A stretch of DNA of 63,996 nucleotides, the filler included, from Phoronis australis (taxonomy: Eukaryota; Animalia; Phoronida): assembly GCA_002633005.1 (NCBI GenBank). It is 10 parts of 10 records of this genome, joined end to end, with 100 filler letters (N's around TTAATTAATTAA, not from the genome) between each part and the next. Parts side by side here need not be neighbours in the genome. Positions count along the whole stretch, not along the records: positions 1 to 7,502 come from NMRA01002014.1; positions 7,603 to 11,251 come from NMRA01002919.1; positions 11,352 to 15,702 come from NMRA01002620.1; 7 more parts are not named here. One strand, 5' to 3'. The notes beneath the pieces were generated by a model, which was not told where the DNA came from, ran no database searches, and was given only the letters and a program-made list of their open reading frames with translations. The position numbers and the translations under genes are program-made. Below, in pieces: positions 1-12,430 of this stretch (positions are counted from its first letter, which is position 1; every line of letters starts with the position of its first letter).

Positions 1-1048
1 ACAGAATAAGGCAAACAGTCAAGTTAAATTTGTTTTGTCAAATTTCTTGGAAGAACTAAAGTTTCATGAACATTTCATACAACGAAGATGAGACCAAAAA
101 CATCAATTGGCAAAATTTCTGGCATTTCTAGCTATATAATAAATTCAAAGTCTTCAAATGCACTCAAGACTTCCCTGCAAGTCCTACATGTCATGAACAC
201 ATCCACTACCACAAGAAAGAAAAACACTGCATTTATCCACCTTGATTCACTCTTATCAGGCTTCTATTGTGAGTCAGCATGTGTGAATAATTGGCTGATA
301 AGCCACCTATGGAACTACTTTTGGCTGAATGGATGACCAGGCCATAAAATGATAATTAGCCAAGACCTTGCAGCATGGAATAGTTAATACCTTCATGGCA
401 ATTTTGAAAGGGTGGGCATCTTCTGCTTGTCTTTCGCCGAAAGTGTTTTAAAAAAACTTGGTTTACCGACCTCTGATTTTCTGGATTATGTAAACATTAA
501 AATTCAAATTTGCAACATTTTCAGATCCGCCGTCATTATGCTTTGGAAACAAGCAAAAATTGGCAAAAATTTGTACACGCAACAAATAACATCTCGTAGC
601 ATCACCTAGCCTTGGTGGAAAGCTGTATACTGTACTGACCCTAATAAACGCCGCGGGTGTTTAGAAAAGTTCATTTCACGGAGGGGACGCTTATTGTAGC
701 CTAAGGCAGTTAAAACCCGGTTTCCGAAACGGGTAAAATCGGAAGCTAGGATTCATCAAATTTACGCTCTGTGACATTATTTTGTAGCCTATGACAGTCT
801 TTCAACAAAACTCTAGCAGTGCATTGCTATCAAACTCCATTGCTAAATTACGATCATTTTTCAAAAACATGTGCAAAAAATCCCAGTGCAAAAAATTGCT
901 GACTGATATGTCGCTGAATCGCGATCGTCGAAAGTAAAACTTGAATTCTTGAATAAAATTACACTTTCGACTCAACAAACTACCTGAAATCCTTCTTATG
1001 TTTTACAATTTTTTAAGTTCATGTGGAGTCCAGATTAATTGCGATTAA

Positions 1049-2640
1049 AGGCGAATGCCACCCGATTTAATTAGTCTTTTTTGCCGTCTTAATCGGTCTA
1101 TTTCCACATCACCTCGCGTAAGGTCAACCTTACCTTGCCAAGAAGTGTCGCGTTAACCTGTGAGGAAGGTGAGAAACGACGCTAGCGACGTCAGTGGTTC
1201 ATATGCATAGTGAATGCCGCTATGTTGCAGTGTATCGTTCCCGCTTGTCCGAACTAAGCATCTGCGAGGAAAGCGAGTATATCAGTTTTTTTTTACTTCC
1301 TCGAGAGTCCGAAATGCCTAGGAAGTGGCTCATGGTAGTGTAAATAGCAAGTATGACAACTCCGTGTCTGTGGCCTGCAGACAACGTCGACAGTGCCTCA
1401 CGAATGCCGGCTTACCAAATAACTCCATACGTTCCGTTGTCTGAGCTTGTTCATGGCGCCTCTCTAGTATTTCTTCATCACTGTATTCCTGTTCGAATTG
1501 ATAGCCTGTAAAACTTAACGATCCCCCTGCGAAGTCAGGACTGATGAGCCGCTCTAGCTCGTTCTAAGTCGGGATTGTGAGTTGCCGTGTTGGCGCTTAT
1601 TACTGAGCGTTCTGTTTTAAAATGAATTATTCTCACCCTAACCAATACTTATATAAAACTGAAACAAAGTCTATCTCATTAGATGTAATTTGAAATGCTT
1701 TTGGAGTGTTCGTGAGTGCACGAAATGATTTGAGAAGCCAGCAATGAATAGTCACTGCGTTACTGGCTTTAAGAGCAATAAAACTAATTGACGGGACACC
1801 GAGGCCGTGTGAGCTCTAATTTAGTGTTTGCTGGCAGAAACTGTTGTGAAACAACTCGATTTCCACCCCACGACCAGGTGTTAGGGGAATCTTTATTTAC
1901 ATTTACATTACTCAAATAATGATTGTCAATGTACAACTTCTGCCCTGACGGTGCTGTGGCCAAAGCGGAACTGAATTCGCGGCCTCCGACGAGTAAGTAG
2001 ATTTGCAGTTTCGTGGCTAATTCACCAATAAAATCACGTGCACATTACTTTGGCTCACTAGTATACTTTTTTCTTGACTGGAAGTTTAGTTTCCACTGAA
2101 CTTTGGCTGGTTTGTTCGTGTTTCTGATCAGTTTCCGAGCCCCTGGCCAGGATAACGAGCGTTTTGTGTTTAGAACTCAGAAAATCACAAGTCTAAACAA
2201 CACAGATCTATGTTCTCCTGTCTGTATCTTACAGAAAATACTTCGAAATTATCTCCAAACACACCCCCAAACTCCTGCTACGGACCTTATTGGCCTGCCG
2301 AACTTTGTAGGCTACGGTGTGTCCAAATACCAATAAATCCGTAAGAGCGAAATAAAACAACACGTTTTTGTAAGAACTCGGTGTATTTTTAAGGGCTTTA
2401 CATCGAAGTTTGATGATTTATTGGTGCTAAACGATGACTCCAAGCGATAAGCTGACACCAGTAACCCGTGTTGTGAACTGCTGAACAGAACGCATGTGAA
2501 ACCGGTGACGTAATCGGATAATTTCAACACCTCCGTCTGCCGTCAGGTGTCAGGTAACGCAACCGCACGTGTCGTTATGGAGTAGAACTACTCGATCTAA
2601 ATTGATACAAATTAGGTTGTTTTTTGGGTGGCATGCTCCT
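1049..2640. mobile_element. Non-autonomous Kolobok-type DNA transposon (1592 bp)
   Basis: TTAA at 1045-1048 and 2641-2644. Terminal inverted repeats are AGGCGAATGCCACCC and GGGTGGCATGCTCCT (13/15 match) with RR...YY ends. The empty site with a single TTAA is at 50207-50210. Confidence 0.9.
1417..1560 (-). pseudogene. KolX-like (P2X7 C-tail/nanor-related) N-terminal remnant inside the Kolobok element
   Basis: Translates as ELERLISPDFAGGSLSFTGYQFEQEYSDEEILERRHEQAQTTERMELF followed by a GTAAGC donor. It resembles the YxFEPEY..EE motif of KolX-like proteins. There is no intact start codon. Confidence 0.6.
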
Positions 2641-4717
2641 TTAAGTTCAAATCTGCGCTACATCGTGTACTCCACAACACGAGAAAAATCTCTGGATGAA
2701 CACACATGTTGTTGTCACCTGACGTTTGTTTTGAAGTTCGTCTGCGTATGAGAGTGAGTGAGCGAGCGCGTGCGGGTCATCGACAACAGACTTTGTTACA
2801 AAAGGCGGAGGATTGTGCAAGAACATGGCATTTATTGGATTGTTTTTCACTTAAACGGCTGCAACATGCAAGGTGAATGCCGGTTAACTCACACATTTTG
2901 TGTGCACAGGCCAACGGTCGTTAGCTCAACCGTGGAGAATAACATTAATAATCCTGGGCTCAATTTAGGCCCTACATGGGTGACGAGCTGAACTATCCGG
3001 GCTGTGTGAAATTTCTGGGTCTAATGGAGACACAGACGCAGTGGTACCTATAGTTAGCTAGCTCACTGTATCAAGACTATCGTCAAAATCCAAATTCGTT
3101 TTATGGTGTCCGTCAATTATAATGGCATGCTAAAGTTTCTTAATGTTCGTACTTCAGGAACATAACGATCCTGTGTTTTGTATACATACGCGTACGCCAC
3201 AGATCACATCTCGGAATTTTCCGATTTGACGGATGACAATGGAATGAACACGATAAAATTAAAGAAAGTCGTTTTACAGCTTGTAAGAGCTATAATAAAC
3301 GTATTTTGAATATTGCAATGCATGTGTTCCAAAATCTAAATAAAATACAGAGTAGTTCTATATTATCCTAACTTGGGTCCTATATTTTTGTATTCGTGCG
3401 CGCCGAATGAAAGTAATCGTGAGTGTTGCTGTATTGCTAGATCTCTTATTCTGGGCACATTTGAAAAATTCAAAGTTGCACCAACATTTTTTCTCACCTC
3501 TTTTCAAATATTACACTCAAAGCTACGTAAAACGCTCTCCATAAAAAGTACGGTCATCTAAGCTAGATTGTAATTAGCTGAACGCATCCGCATGAGCGAA
3601 ACCAATTATCCTCGCTCGTGACTCGATGAATAGAGCAGCTAGGCGGGATCTCTTTGATCGTGAGCTGAGTTCGACACAGCCAAGGTGGATAAATACGGTC
3701 TAGTTCAATCGGCCAAACCCCACCGTTTTCCCTGATCGGCGAGGTTTGGGGCAATATTACTTAGTGGGAATGTTTATGGCATGTATGCTTCTAAGGTTGT
3801 TCATTAGTATCTAGTAATCTAGTAATTTAAGACTAACTGAAAACTATTATCAAAATCAACAAAATGCAGATACACCCCAGTTATGATAGTCCATCAGAGG
3901 ATCTGTCAAGCTACTTTGAAAATAAACAGACAAGCAACATCTTGTCGACAATTAAAATGACCAACAGGGGGAGGGGGTGGTACTCTATTCCAATCTGTAC
4001 AATACACAGACAACGAAAACAATGTCGAAAATTAAAAATGTAGAGCAAAAGGCAGTAGGACAGTTGAATTTGTGCTGCGGCGCAGTCACATTACATATTT
4101 CTGTGTCAAGTTTCAGCAAAATTCATCAAGTTTTGGTAAAATTCTGACATCAAGTCATTTCACATAAAATTTGAAAGCAAAAACAAACCTAGGTGCCATG
4201 GTAGCCAAATCCGTTGGAAAATTCCTATACGAAATGGCTGATGCAAACACAGGGACTTCAAGGACTGTGAACTGAGCACACTTTTGTCACCGATTTGAGT
4301 AGGCATTTATTATTTACGTTATTTGGGACAGTCCTGACAATGAAAACGCTCATTTCATTAAAAAAATTAGCTTTAATAGGTATGGACCTGAAACACATGT
4401 CATCTGGTGAGGAAACATTTGCAGTTCGTCGAAGAAGTTTAGCCAACCCCAATGGCGTGGTGGCTACTCACTATAGACTATCACGAGTAAAATAACTTAT
4501 GGACTGGTGTTGCAAGTCATGGGGGGGGCTCGGCTTAGTACCATGTAATGTATCATATAGATACTGTCAGCAAATGACACAAGCCTATCACTGAGCAGTA
4601 TTTCTTCCTTTATTTCGCACAAAAACAGTTGCCAATATTTTCACTTCCATCATTTTGTGCTAAAAAAGTAAAGGAAGAGTTGCTGTGACCCCCGTGGCAA
4701 GCAGTAAATCAACATAC

Positions 4718-4918
4718 CAAATGAACAGCTCCCTAGGCGACGACGGTAGAACAGAAAACCCATGACCAGCAAAAGACTAACTGCCCCAGCTACGCCTGTG
4801 ATGATGCCGACGATAGCACCCACTGTCATGTTGTTCGGCTCTTTAGAGCTTTTGCCAGTATGGGGACCTACAACAGTGGCTGGTGCAGTGCTAGGTTCTT
4901 CTGTGGTTGTTTGGACAC
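4718..4918 (-). CDS. Internal exon of a type I membrane protein: Thr/Pro-rich stalk, transmembrane helix and basic stop-transfer
   Basis: Acceptor ttttattttacag and donor gtatgt; 201 nt, phase 1/1. Translates as VQTTTEEPSTAPATVV...VGAIVGIITGVAGAVSLLLVMGFLFYRRRL. Confidence 0.8.
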
Positions 4919-6159
4919 CTGTAAAATAAAAGCCGCACCTCTCAGGACTTTTCAATAAATTCAGGAAAACAAAATTGACAATAAAACTGATTATTATTTA
5001 GCCGATTCTGAAAAATGGAGAGGGGGCATTTTCAAGGGGTTTCTCAAATTTTGGACATGACAGCAAATTTAGCCACTGTTTTTTTTTCTTTTAATATAAA
5101 TCACAGCAAGACCAAAATGAACCTCCAAATTCAGTATGAAATTATCTTCTTTTTAGAAAAAACAAAAGAAAATTCAATGCAAACTGACTTGTACAGATAA
5201 AATTTTAATGCACAAATTGAAGTTAAGAATATGAACTAAACATAAAAAATTTAGCGTCATGCAGTATTTACATAGGTTCCTTTTTGAGTACCTCTCTGTT
5301 TACAATTACGTCATGGAAATCAACATTTTGGATTTGAAGGGGATAACTAGTCTGCACATTGGCTTAGAATTTTGAAGATGGTTGGAAATTGAAAAGTCAC
5401 GCATATCTTTAGAAATGCGTGACTTTCGTGTAAAAGCATTATTCATGGCATGCAGAGGGGAATGGAGCCAATACTCCATCACAAGACCTAGACATTGAAG
5501 GCCCTGGCAAGTGATACTGTTACACAAACTTCGGAGCACACTGCACTTCAAGAATGTGAAAGAAGAAGTGGCGAGGTAGTGCAAGAAGCATACGTGGCGG
5601 ACACCATTTGATAAAATACTTGTGAACAATGCCATACAAAGAGACAATTTGATATATTTCGATACTAAAAGTTATGATATTAATTAATAGGAAAACAAAC
5701 AAAACCTATCACAGTCATTAAATGATAACAGCCATTCAGTAACATGATTGATGGTCAAGCCCAAAATGTTACTAAGTTACAAATTTTATTCCTCCCAGAA
5801 TTCCCCCGAGTACTACCATGAGATACGGACATGCGCAAAGCGAATCATTCCACGGACTTATCTTCTGGAGGAAGACGTGTTTTTCCTTTGGAAGGTTTTT
5901 TCGCGCAAGTTATACCGCGACCACGCTCAATTGCATAACTCTTTGCTACTGAGCATTTTCTTCTTATCCTATATAATCATCTTGGAAGTTTTTGGACGAC
6001 CGAGCTCACCGACTCTGTGTGACTCGGCGGGCCACACCTTGCCCGGTTTTACCGGCGCAGAGCATTACGACTCTCTATTGGCCTCATCGTATTTTCAGGC
6101 CTACCTGCTTTGGGGTTTCCGTGACCCGACACGGACCATGTGGAGTGTTTGATAGTTGT

Positions 6160-6360
6160 NNNNNNNNNNNNNNNNNNNNNNNNNNNNNNNNNNNNNNNNN
6201 NNNNNNNNNNNNNNNNNNNNNNNNNNNNNNNNNNNNNNNNNNNNNNNNNNNNNNNNNNNNNNNNNNNNNNNNNNNNNNNNNNNNNNNNNNNNNNNNNNNN
6301 NNNNNNNNNNNNNNNNNNNNNNNNNNNNNNNNNNNNNNNNNNNNNNNNNNNNNNNNNNNN
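6160..6360. other. Scaffold gap (201 N)
   Basis: Run of N without the TTAATTAATTAA linker. Confidence 0.95.
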
Positions 6361-6700
6361 ACAGTTTTCGCCGGATTCGTCTGAAAGTCTTCCTCATCCG
6401 TTGTCAATTTCACATAAATACACTTGCAGTAGGTTTAGGAAATACAGCTACGAGCGCAAGAAAAGAAATGCCACTAGGAGGCGCCACAGCAGTCAAAGAC
6501 GTTGGAAAATCAATTTCAACTGTCCTCTTTATGCTATGAACAAAAGTCATATATGCCAATTTTCATAGTCATCCTTAGAATAGTTTGGTTGATGGAGAGG
6601 ATGATGCTAAAAACAGACTCGAAAACAGCGAAAATGGCCACTAGGTGGCGCAAAATACCTCAATTAAATCTGAAAATGGGTGACAGCACCATCTGATCAA
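6361..6700 (+). repeat. Interspersed repeat with CCACTAGGNGGCGC motifs (family also at 14956-15702, about 19394-19900 and about 22570-23090)
   Basis: Shared blocks such as cacataaatacacttgc, tttaggaaatacagc, atccttagaatagtttggttga and aaacagactcgaaaa. Confidence 0.75.
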
Positions 6701-6736
6701 AGTCCCAAAGAGTTAATCTAATTAATTAAAACTTAC

Positions 6737-6802
6737 CTCAATTCGGTAGGTACCAATTGGCACATTTTCAAAGGTAACAGCGTGATGTTTAGCATTAAGG
6801 TC
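6737..6802 (-). CDS. Internal exon, FN3/Ig-like beta-strand segment, probably the same receptor gene (possibly IL-17R/SEF-like)
   Basis: Acceptor ctttttgcag and donor gtaagt; 66 nt, phase 0/0. Translates as DLNAKHHAVTFENVPIGTYRIE. Confidence 0.65.
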
Positions 6803-7502
6803 CTGCAAAAAGAGGAACGCAGCAGTTAAATAGTTCAAAGTGTTTATTTTTACTACCTTGCTTAATAGCCCAAGTTTAGCCAGATAGTAATCGATCATAA
6901 ATCATGACTTTATCAACAGTACTGGTGCTATATGTAAATGAGATAAATTTTGACTTTTTAATTGGTAAATGCAATAAGAAAAAGTGCCTCTTAAACAAGA
7001 CAAGAGTTCATCCAATCAGAATCAATTTGTCATCCATATCAAGCCAGTCAAGTGAATGTTTAATTGTATTCATTGCTAAATTTATCAATTTTAGCAGGAT
7101 TCCCGGTGTACTGTCTTTTTGTGATTGAACTGCATGACAAGTGCTGAATCCTGTTAAAATGACTCCTTCAACGTGCACAATTCCGTCAAACCCATCGCAG
7201 TCACGTGACTGCCAAGTATCATACTTTCATTATACACTGCTTGTTGTCGTACTCACCCAATTATTCCACTTCAAAATTATGCTCTGAATAGGGTTTGATT
7301 TAACTCTCACAAATATGTAATATTCGTTGATTCAAAAGTTTTCTTTCATTTATGCCGGGTTGTTTCAAATGTGCATTGCTTTTCGGCAGCCATTTTATAA
7401 TGACACCTATGGTCATCATATGCTGCCGACTTTTGAAAGAACAGAAAACCATGCAGAAAAAAGACCAAGAAAATAGTGGAATGTGGTTTACAACAATTCT
7501 AG

Positions 7503-7602
7503 NNNNNNNNNNNNNNNNNNNNNNNNNNNNNNNNNNNNNNNNNNNNTTAATTAATTAANNNNNNNNNNNNNNNNNNNNNNNNNNNNNNNNNNNNNNNNNN
7601 NN
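7503..7602. other. Artificial scaffold-joining linker (also 11252-11351, 15703-15802, 37477-37576, 41952-42051, 50646-50745, 57979-58078, 60474-60573, 62645-62744)
   Basis: Identical N44-TTAATTAATTAA-N44 blocks. The 12-mer gives stop codons in all six frames. Confidence 0.97.
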
Positions 7603-7808
7603 TTTCCGTTAATTTCGCCAAGTGTCGCTCAAGACTGTAGCCTTTTTCTTACTGATTTCGGACTTCTACGTTCGTCATCTGTATGTTATTATTACTTCTT
7701 TTGTTCATCCTCGCCACCATAGTCGTCATATTCGTCATCTTCGTCATCATCTTTATCGTCATCTTTTTGGTTAATTTCGCCAAGTTTCGCTCCTCGGAGC
7801 GCTTTCAT
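7603..7808 (-). mobile_element. One end of the Helentron-like repeat seen in full at 44250-45467
   Basis: Reverse complement of about 44250-44455, including the GAT/GAC-rich core. Confidence 0.8.
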
Positions 7809-8558
7809 CTTCCATGTCTGTTCTAACCAACTTTGAGATGCTGTGTATGCCATTTGTTCCGGTGTTTTCAACTCAAACTTGTTGCTTCATAACCTCTGCT
7901 GTGTGTCTGGCTTTCATCAAGTACATTATGTCACTCAATATTCATATACCTAAAATATGAATGCTATTTCACTTTCCACAAAAAGGCATTTGTGATAGCA
8001 TTATTAGAATCTCAGTTACGTTTTAAGTTGAAATTTTCCACTTCTGCTAACTGACAGTTGAACTAAATGTGTTCAATAGTTTGACTGCAGACTGAGAACT
8101 GGCGTATGACTGAAGGTGATGGCAGTTAAAACACATACCAGTAGTTAAATATACAATATGCAAATCTTGTTTTGTGCCCAATAGTTACCATGCATTAAAC
8201 CAAAATAAAAATTTGTTTTTCCTATAGTGAATCAAACAGTCAGAGAGCGATGTGAAAATTGACACAAACTTAAGCTTTACAGTCTCAATTAAGTGATTAT
8301 TTTGAAGGACTCGTTACATGTAACTTCACGTTTTTGAAACTAGTTGATTCTGGTCTCAACCCCAGTTAACTCATTTGAAATCTGTGCTGTACTTTTCCAT
8401 GTAACCATTATAACCTCCAATGAGGCTGAATCAGTGAGAAAAGCAAGTTCCTTTTGTTTGTGTAACAGGAATGATTTCATCTCTGTCCCTGTATTAGCAT
8501 GACACTTGCTGGTCATCGTCGGTACTAGTACATTAGTATAATTGACCATGCCTTATTT

Positions 8559-9135
8559 TGTCAGGAACCATCAAGTCCAGGAACTTTGACTTGGTGACTT
8601 GACATTGGCCCGGTTTGTCATGTGACAACCTCTATAAATAGTGGGCCACTTCGTGGTTTCACTTTTCCTAGCGTCGTACAGACGCGACATTTCGGCTGAA
8701 CCAAATTCAACCGAAGCGGAGCTCGCAGTTATGAATACGTAAGCCCACTAAGGTTTAGCCCCTTAAACTTTCGGCTATATGTCTAATTTCACCCCTATTT
8801 ACTCCTAAAGCAAGTGATCGTTCTCGTATAAGTTCTCCCCGCGAAGCGCTGGGGCTTAATTGTCTAGTAAGATGCATGAAACACAAACGCATGCCCACCG
8901 CACTTAAACCCTAGAACAAGGACCGACAATGTCCGACAACGCTACACAATATTGCCTGTGAGTAAACGTACTAGTGACTGTACTGTTTTGTTTAGTTAAT
9001 AAATGCTGCATACTATATACTACAATGTGGTGATTGTTTCTATTGACTTAAAAGTACGTTCGTTTTAGCGCTAAAATAGTTCACAAGTCCTGTCTGGGTT
9101 CGATAACGAGATGCCCCCTGAGCGTCCCAATTACA
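8559..9135 (+). mobile_element. LTR (TG...CA, 577 bp) of a truncated LTR retrotransposon
   Basis: Starts TGTCAGG and ends TTACA. Contains TATAAATA at 8633 and AATAAA at 8998. A PBS-like TGGTGGCCGTGG follows at 9137. Confidence 0.65.
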
Positions 9136-9174
9136 CTGGTGGCCGTGGCCCGTCTGGATTTGTTGAAAGAGAAA

Positions 9175-9450
9175 CGCACGTTGTTGTGAGTCAAGGGCTA
9201 CAGAAACGAAAGTTTCTCACCTCGTTTCTCCGCTCGTGTCGTTGATTGGAGGATGTGTAAAACAATTGTTTTTGTTTTGAAAGAAACATGCACATTGGTG
9301 CGAGTCAAGGGTTACGGAAATGAAAGTTTCTCACCTTGTTTCTCCGCTAGCGTCATTGTTTCGGTGATTTAAGTCGATTGCACATGGTCGTGAGCCGAGG
9401 GCTAAAGAAAACACTTTCCTCACCTCGCTTCCACGGTTGTGTCGAATTGA
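9175..9450 (+). repeat. Three degenerate tandem repeats (about 90-115 bp) in the leader downstream of the PBS
   Basis: The motif tgagtcaagggctacagaaacgaaagtttctcacctcgtttctccgct recurs at about 9187, 9300 and 9391. Confidence 0.75.
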
Positions 9451-9931
9451 TTCAGTAACTTTCAAAACTGTACTTTGGATCGAAATACTTGAATGTGGTG
9501 TTCCTGCAGTTTCTTGTGGTAGTGGATGTGTTCACGACATGTATGATGCAAATAAACAACCATAGAAGCACATCGTTTGTGGCGCTTAATGTTTTAACTT
9601 TGCTTTCCTATTTGCAAAACTCTGGTCCATCACAATTCCATTGCAACTATTATAACCTTCTCTTTCGTATTGTTCCAATAGTTCTAGGGATAAATAGTAT
9701 TTTCTGATGGCGTTCTTAATTATGAATCTTGATTGAATACCTGTGTTGCATGTGGAGCTAAATTTTCCCATTGCAAGTGAGTTACACAGTTTGAAAGGAG
9801 TTATGGTAGCTATTTTAAGGTCCGGCATTTAAGCTTTCCCATCAAAATTGCAATAACACAGCATTGGTGAAGCAAGCCTACTTTTTGTTTCATGTGGCTA
9901 GATAGTCTACCCAATTTTTTACACTACCCAC

Positions 9932-9990
9932 CATATCCTGAGTTGATGTACCCGCATCGTCATTGTCAGTCTTTTCCTGGTCTTCTGTGT
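9932..9990 (-). CDS. Possible small acidic internal exon of an unidentified gene
   Basis: Acceptor ctttgtgctttacag and donor gtgggt. Translates as TEDQEKTDNDDAGTSTQDM. Confidence 0.35.
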
Positions 9991-12286
9991 CTGTAAAGCA
10001 CAAAGAGAGTCTTTCGTACAGTCTTGTTCAAATTCTAATTTTTTCAAGTATATCTAACCACAAATTATTAATTACCGTAAACTCTAGGGTTAACACCCAA
10101 GCCCAGGTAATTACCCACACTCAACTTTTTGCCAAATTTTGATGTAATTAGTACCCTCTGTTCGTGTTGTCGCCCTTAGTGCCCCCTCTTTGCGCAAACT
10201 TCAGGTTCTCAGGTAATTGCCCATCCCCAACTTATCGCTAACAGAACTAATGAGCTTTTGTTCGCAATTTTGCCTTACTCCCTGACACAGTGCCACCTAT
10301 ACTGAAAAGTGGCCCTTGAAAACATGATGAACGACACACGAAATTCCGTGTGTGAGCATCATTGTGCATGCTTATGGTCGAAAGTTTACCGATCACATCG
10401 CCAGCACTTGGACACGCCTTCTATGCACCGAACTCGTTTGGGCATAAGCCACGGGATTGGGTTTTTGATTTTGTTTACTTAAATCACTGCCCATTTGAAT
10501 AAATTACAACTGTTCAAGTCGAGGGTGGTCGCCATACTATGTAACAGAAAACTGAAAGGGGTTTCCCAGATTTCAACCAGTGGGAATGACTGAATGTTGT
10601 GGCGTCAGCTTCATTACTTTAACCAATTAGAAGCCATGTTAAGCAACACTCTACATTGCTATCTTTCGTATCACTTTGAAAGGTTGTAGCTTTGCCTCAG
10701 AACAGGACTTCCCATTTTTGCGGGACACACGGCATGCTTACACATGATATAGTCTTGAAAAGTATGTTTGTTAGCTGGCATTTGTGGAAAAACTTATGCG
10801 CTGCAACCTTTTCATAAACTTGTTATGCGGTCTTTTGTTAAATTACTGGCGTCTTTTTAATGGGGGATTAGTCTGTCATTCAATAATGACCATGATCGGA
10901 CTGTGAAGTTCCACGCATGGAGCACGTGATTTTGCTAGATTTATCACCCGGGCCAACCCAGATTTTAATTGATCATTTAATTACACCCCCTCATGTTGCA
11001 ATTTGTGCACACGAAGTACGTGATTTTGCTAGATATATGCAAAATTGACTGAGATTTGAATTGAGCAATTATGATACCCCCCTCTCGTTGCAGTTGCGAA
11101 GTTGGGTCGGGCCAGGAAGCAAACGCGTCTCAGTCTCTCATTACATTTTTTCACTCCCGGCATTCAACGAGCTGACAAGGTATGACACGTGATCTATTTA
11201 AATTTAAAAACAGATCATGAAGCCATTCTTTCCAGCGTTGTCCATGGCTTTNNNNNNNNNNNNNNNNNNNNNNNNNNNNNNNNNNNNNNNNNNNNTTAAT
11301 TAATTAANNNNNNNNNNNNNNNNNNNNNNNNNNNNNNNNNNNNNNNNNNNNCCATTATGAAAACATTTATTTACAATACGCCAAAACAAGGTATTGCAAC
11401 TCCATAACAGTGTTCAACACTATTTACAATATTCCCATCAGCGACACCTATCAACAACACTAAGAATACAACCTACTAATCAAACTAAAGTATTTGACAT
11501 TTCATTATTTGATAACTCGTCAGAGAATATTAAAACACTTAAAATGTCAAGAAATATTGCATTAAACTCCCATACAGTGCCCTTTTGAGGTTTACATCGA
11601 CCATATTGCTTGTATAACCCACTGTTTTTGTCTGCAAGCGGTACATCGTCGATGTCGACAGTCTTGCCAAAGAAAAGTATTTCAGTACTTTTTCAAAGAG
11701 CGGGATCTGAAGTATGATCATACAAAATTTAGAACGACTTCTCACCTTAAACAATGCTGTAATGATTTTGATATGTTTCGTCACCTCTAGCAACTGTGAG
11801 AAAAATCTTACTGATCCAATAAAAACGTCCAGGCTCATACCACGTTTCCTGGTTTAATAAGCATTAGTTTGTTATTGGGTTTAACACATTTTCAAGGTTT
11901 TACCATAAAGGTGGCATGCAACAATTTACGTAGTTGTTGGGACCAATGCTTGTGTCAGGGATCACATACCCTACAGTTTCAATTTGAATTCCAACATGAT
12001 GCTGACTGGCTTTAACAGGACATCTGATTTGTATATGTTGATCAGACATGGGGTTTAAGAGGATATTTAATTTGTGTGTTTAAGCAAACAGACACGAGAC
12101 TTTAAGAGAACATTTGATTTGTACACTTTGATCAAACATGGACGTCATTAAATCATCCAGTCATTCCATTTTCAACAACATCCTGAGGGAAACAACTGTT
12201 TGTCAACCTAAATATACAAACATTCCAGAGCCATTGGCCATGTTAAATTAAAAATTACGTAAACACCGGCCTAGTTACATGAACTA

Positions 12287-12430
12287 TCATGTTTTCCTGG
12301 TTTTCAGCTTTCTTTTGGTGGTGATGTCCATGGCTGGCTGGTCGTCACTATCTCCATTCGGACTAACCTCTGTAGGGGTCCTATTTATGTATTGTAAAAA
12401 GCTCACACTCTGCTGGGCCAATGGGATCAC
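12287..12430 (-). CDS. NOMO: Nodal modulator (NOMO), last coding exon
   Basis: Translates as VIPLAQQSVSFLQ...KRKLKTRKT then TGA, like the vertebrate NOMO tail (LIPLL...KKQKTRRT). Acceptor atttcag. An AATAAA lies on the minus strand at 11366-11371. Confidence 0.9.
   Translation of the reverse strand: MIPLAQQSVSFLQYINRTPTEVSPNGDSDDQPAMDITTKRKLKTRKT

Larger units (their letters stand above)
597..3312. mobile_element. Interspersed repeat (Tc2/pogo-like non-autonomous arm), interrupted by the Kolobok insertion at 1049-2640
   Basis: 597-1048 plus 2641-3312 is the reverse complement of 49557-50645 (roughly 80-85% identical by eye). It carries the terminus-like motif TA-CTGTACTGACCCTAATAAACGC near 628. 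Confidence 0.75.

Noticed and set aside
5767-6159. Possible second LTR (TGTTA start, TATATAA)
   Set aside because: It is cut by the gap, so no CA end, PBS or second copy can be seen.
5992-6568. Long ORFs in the ORF track
   Set aside because: They are open only because they run through the N gap.
7547-7558. TTAATTAATTAA as a biological motif (PacI or homeodomain site)
   Set aside because: It always sits in the centre of an identical N block, so it is an assembly linker.
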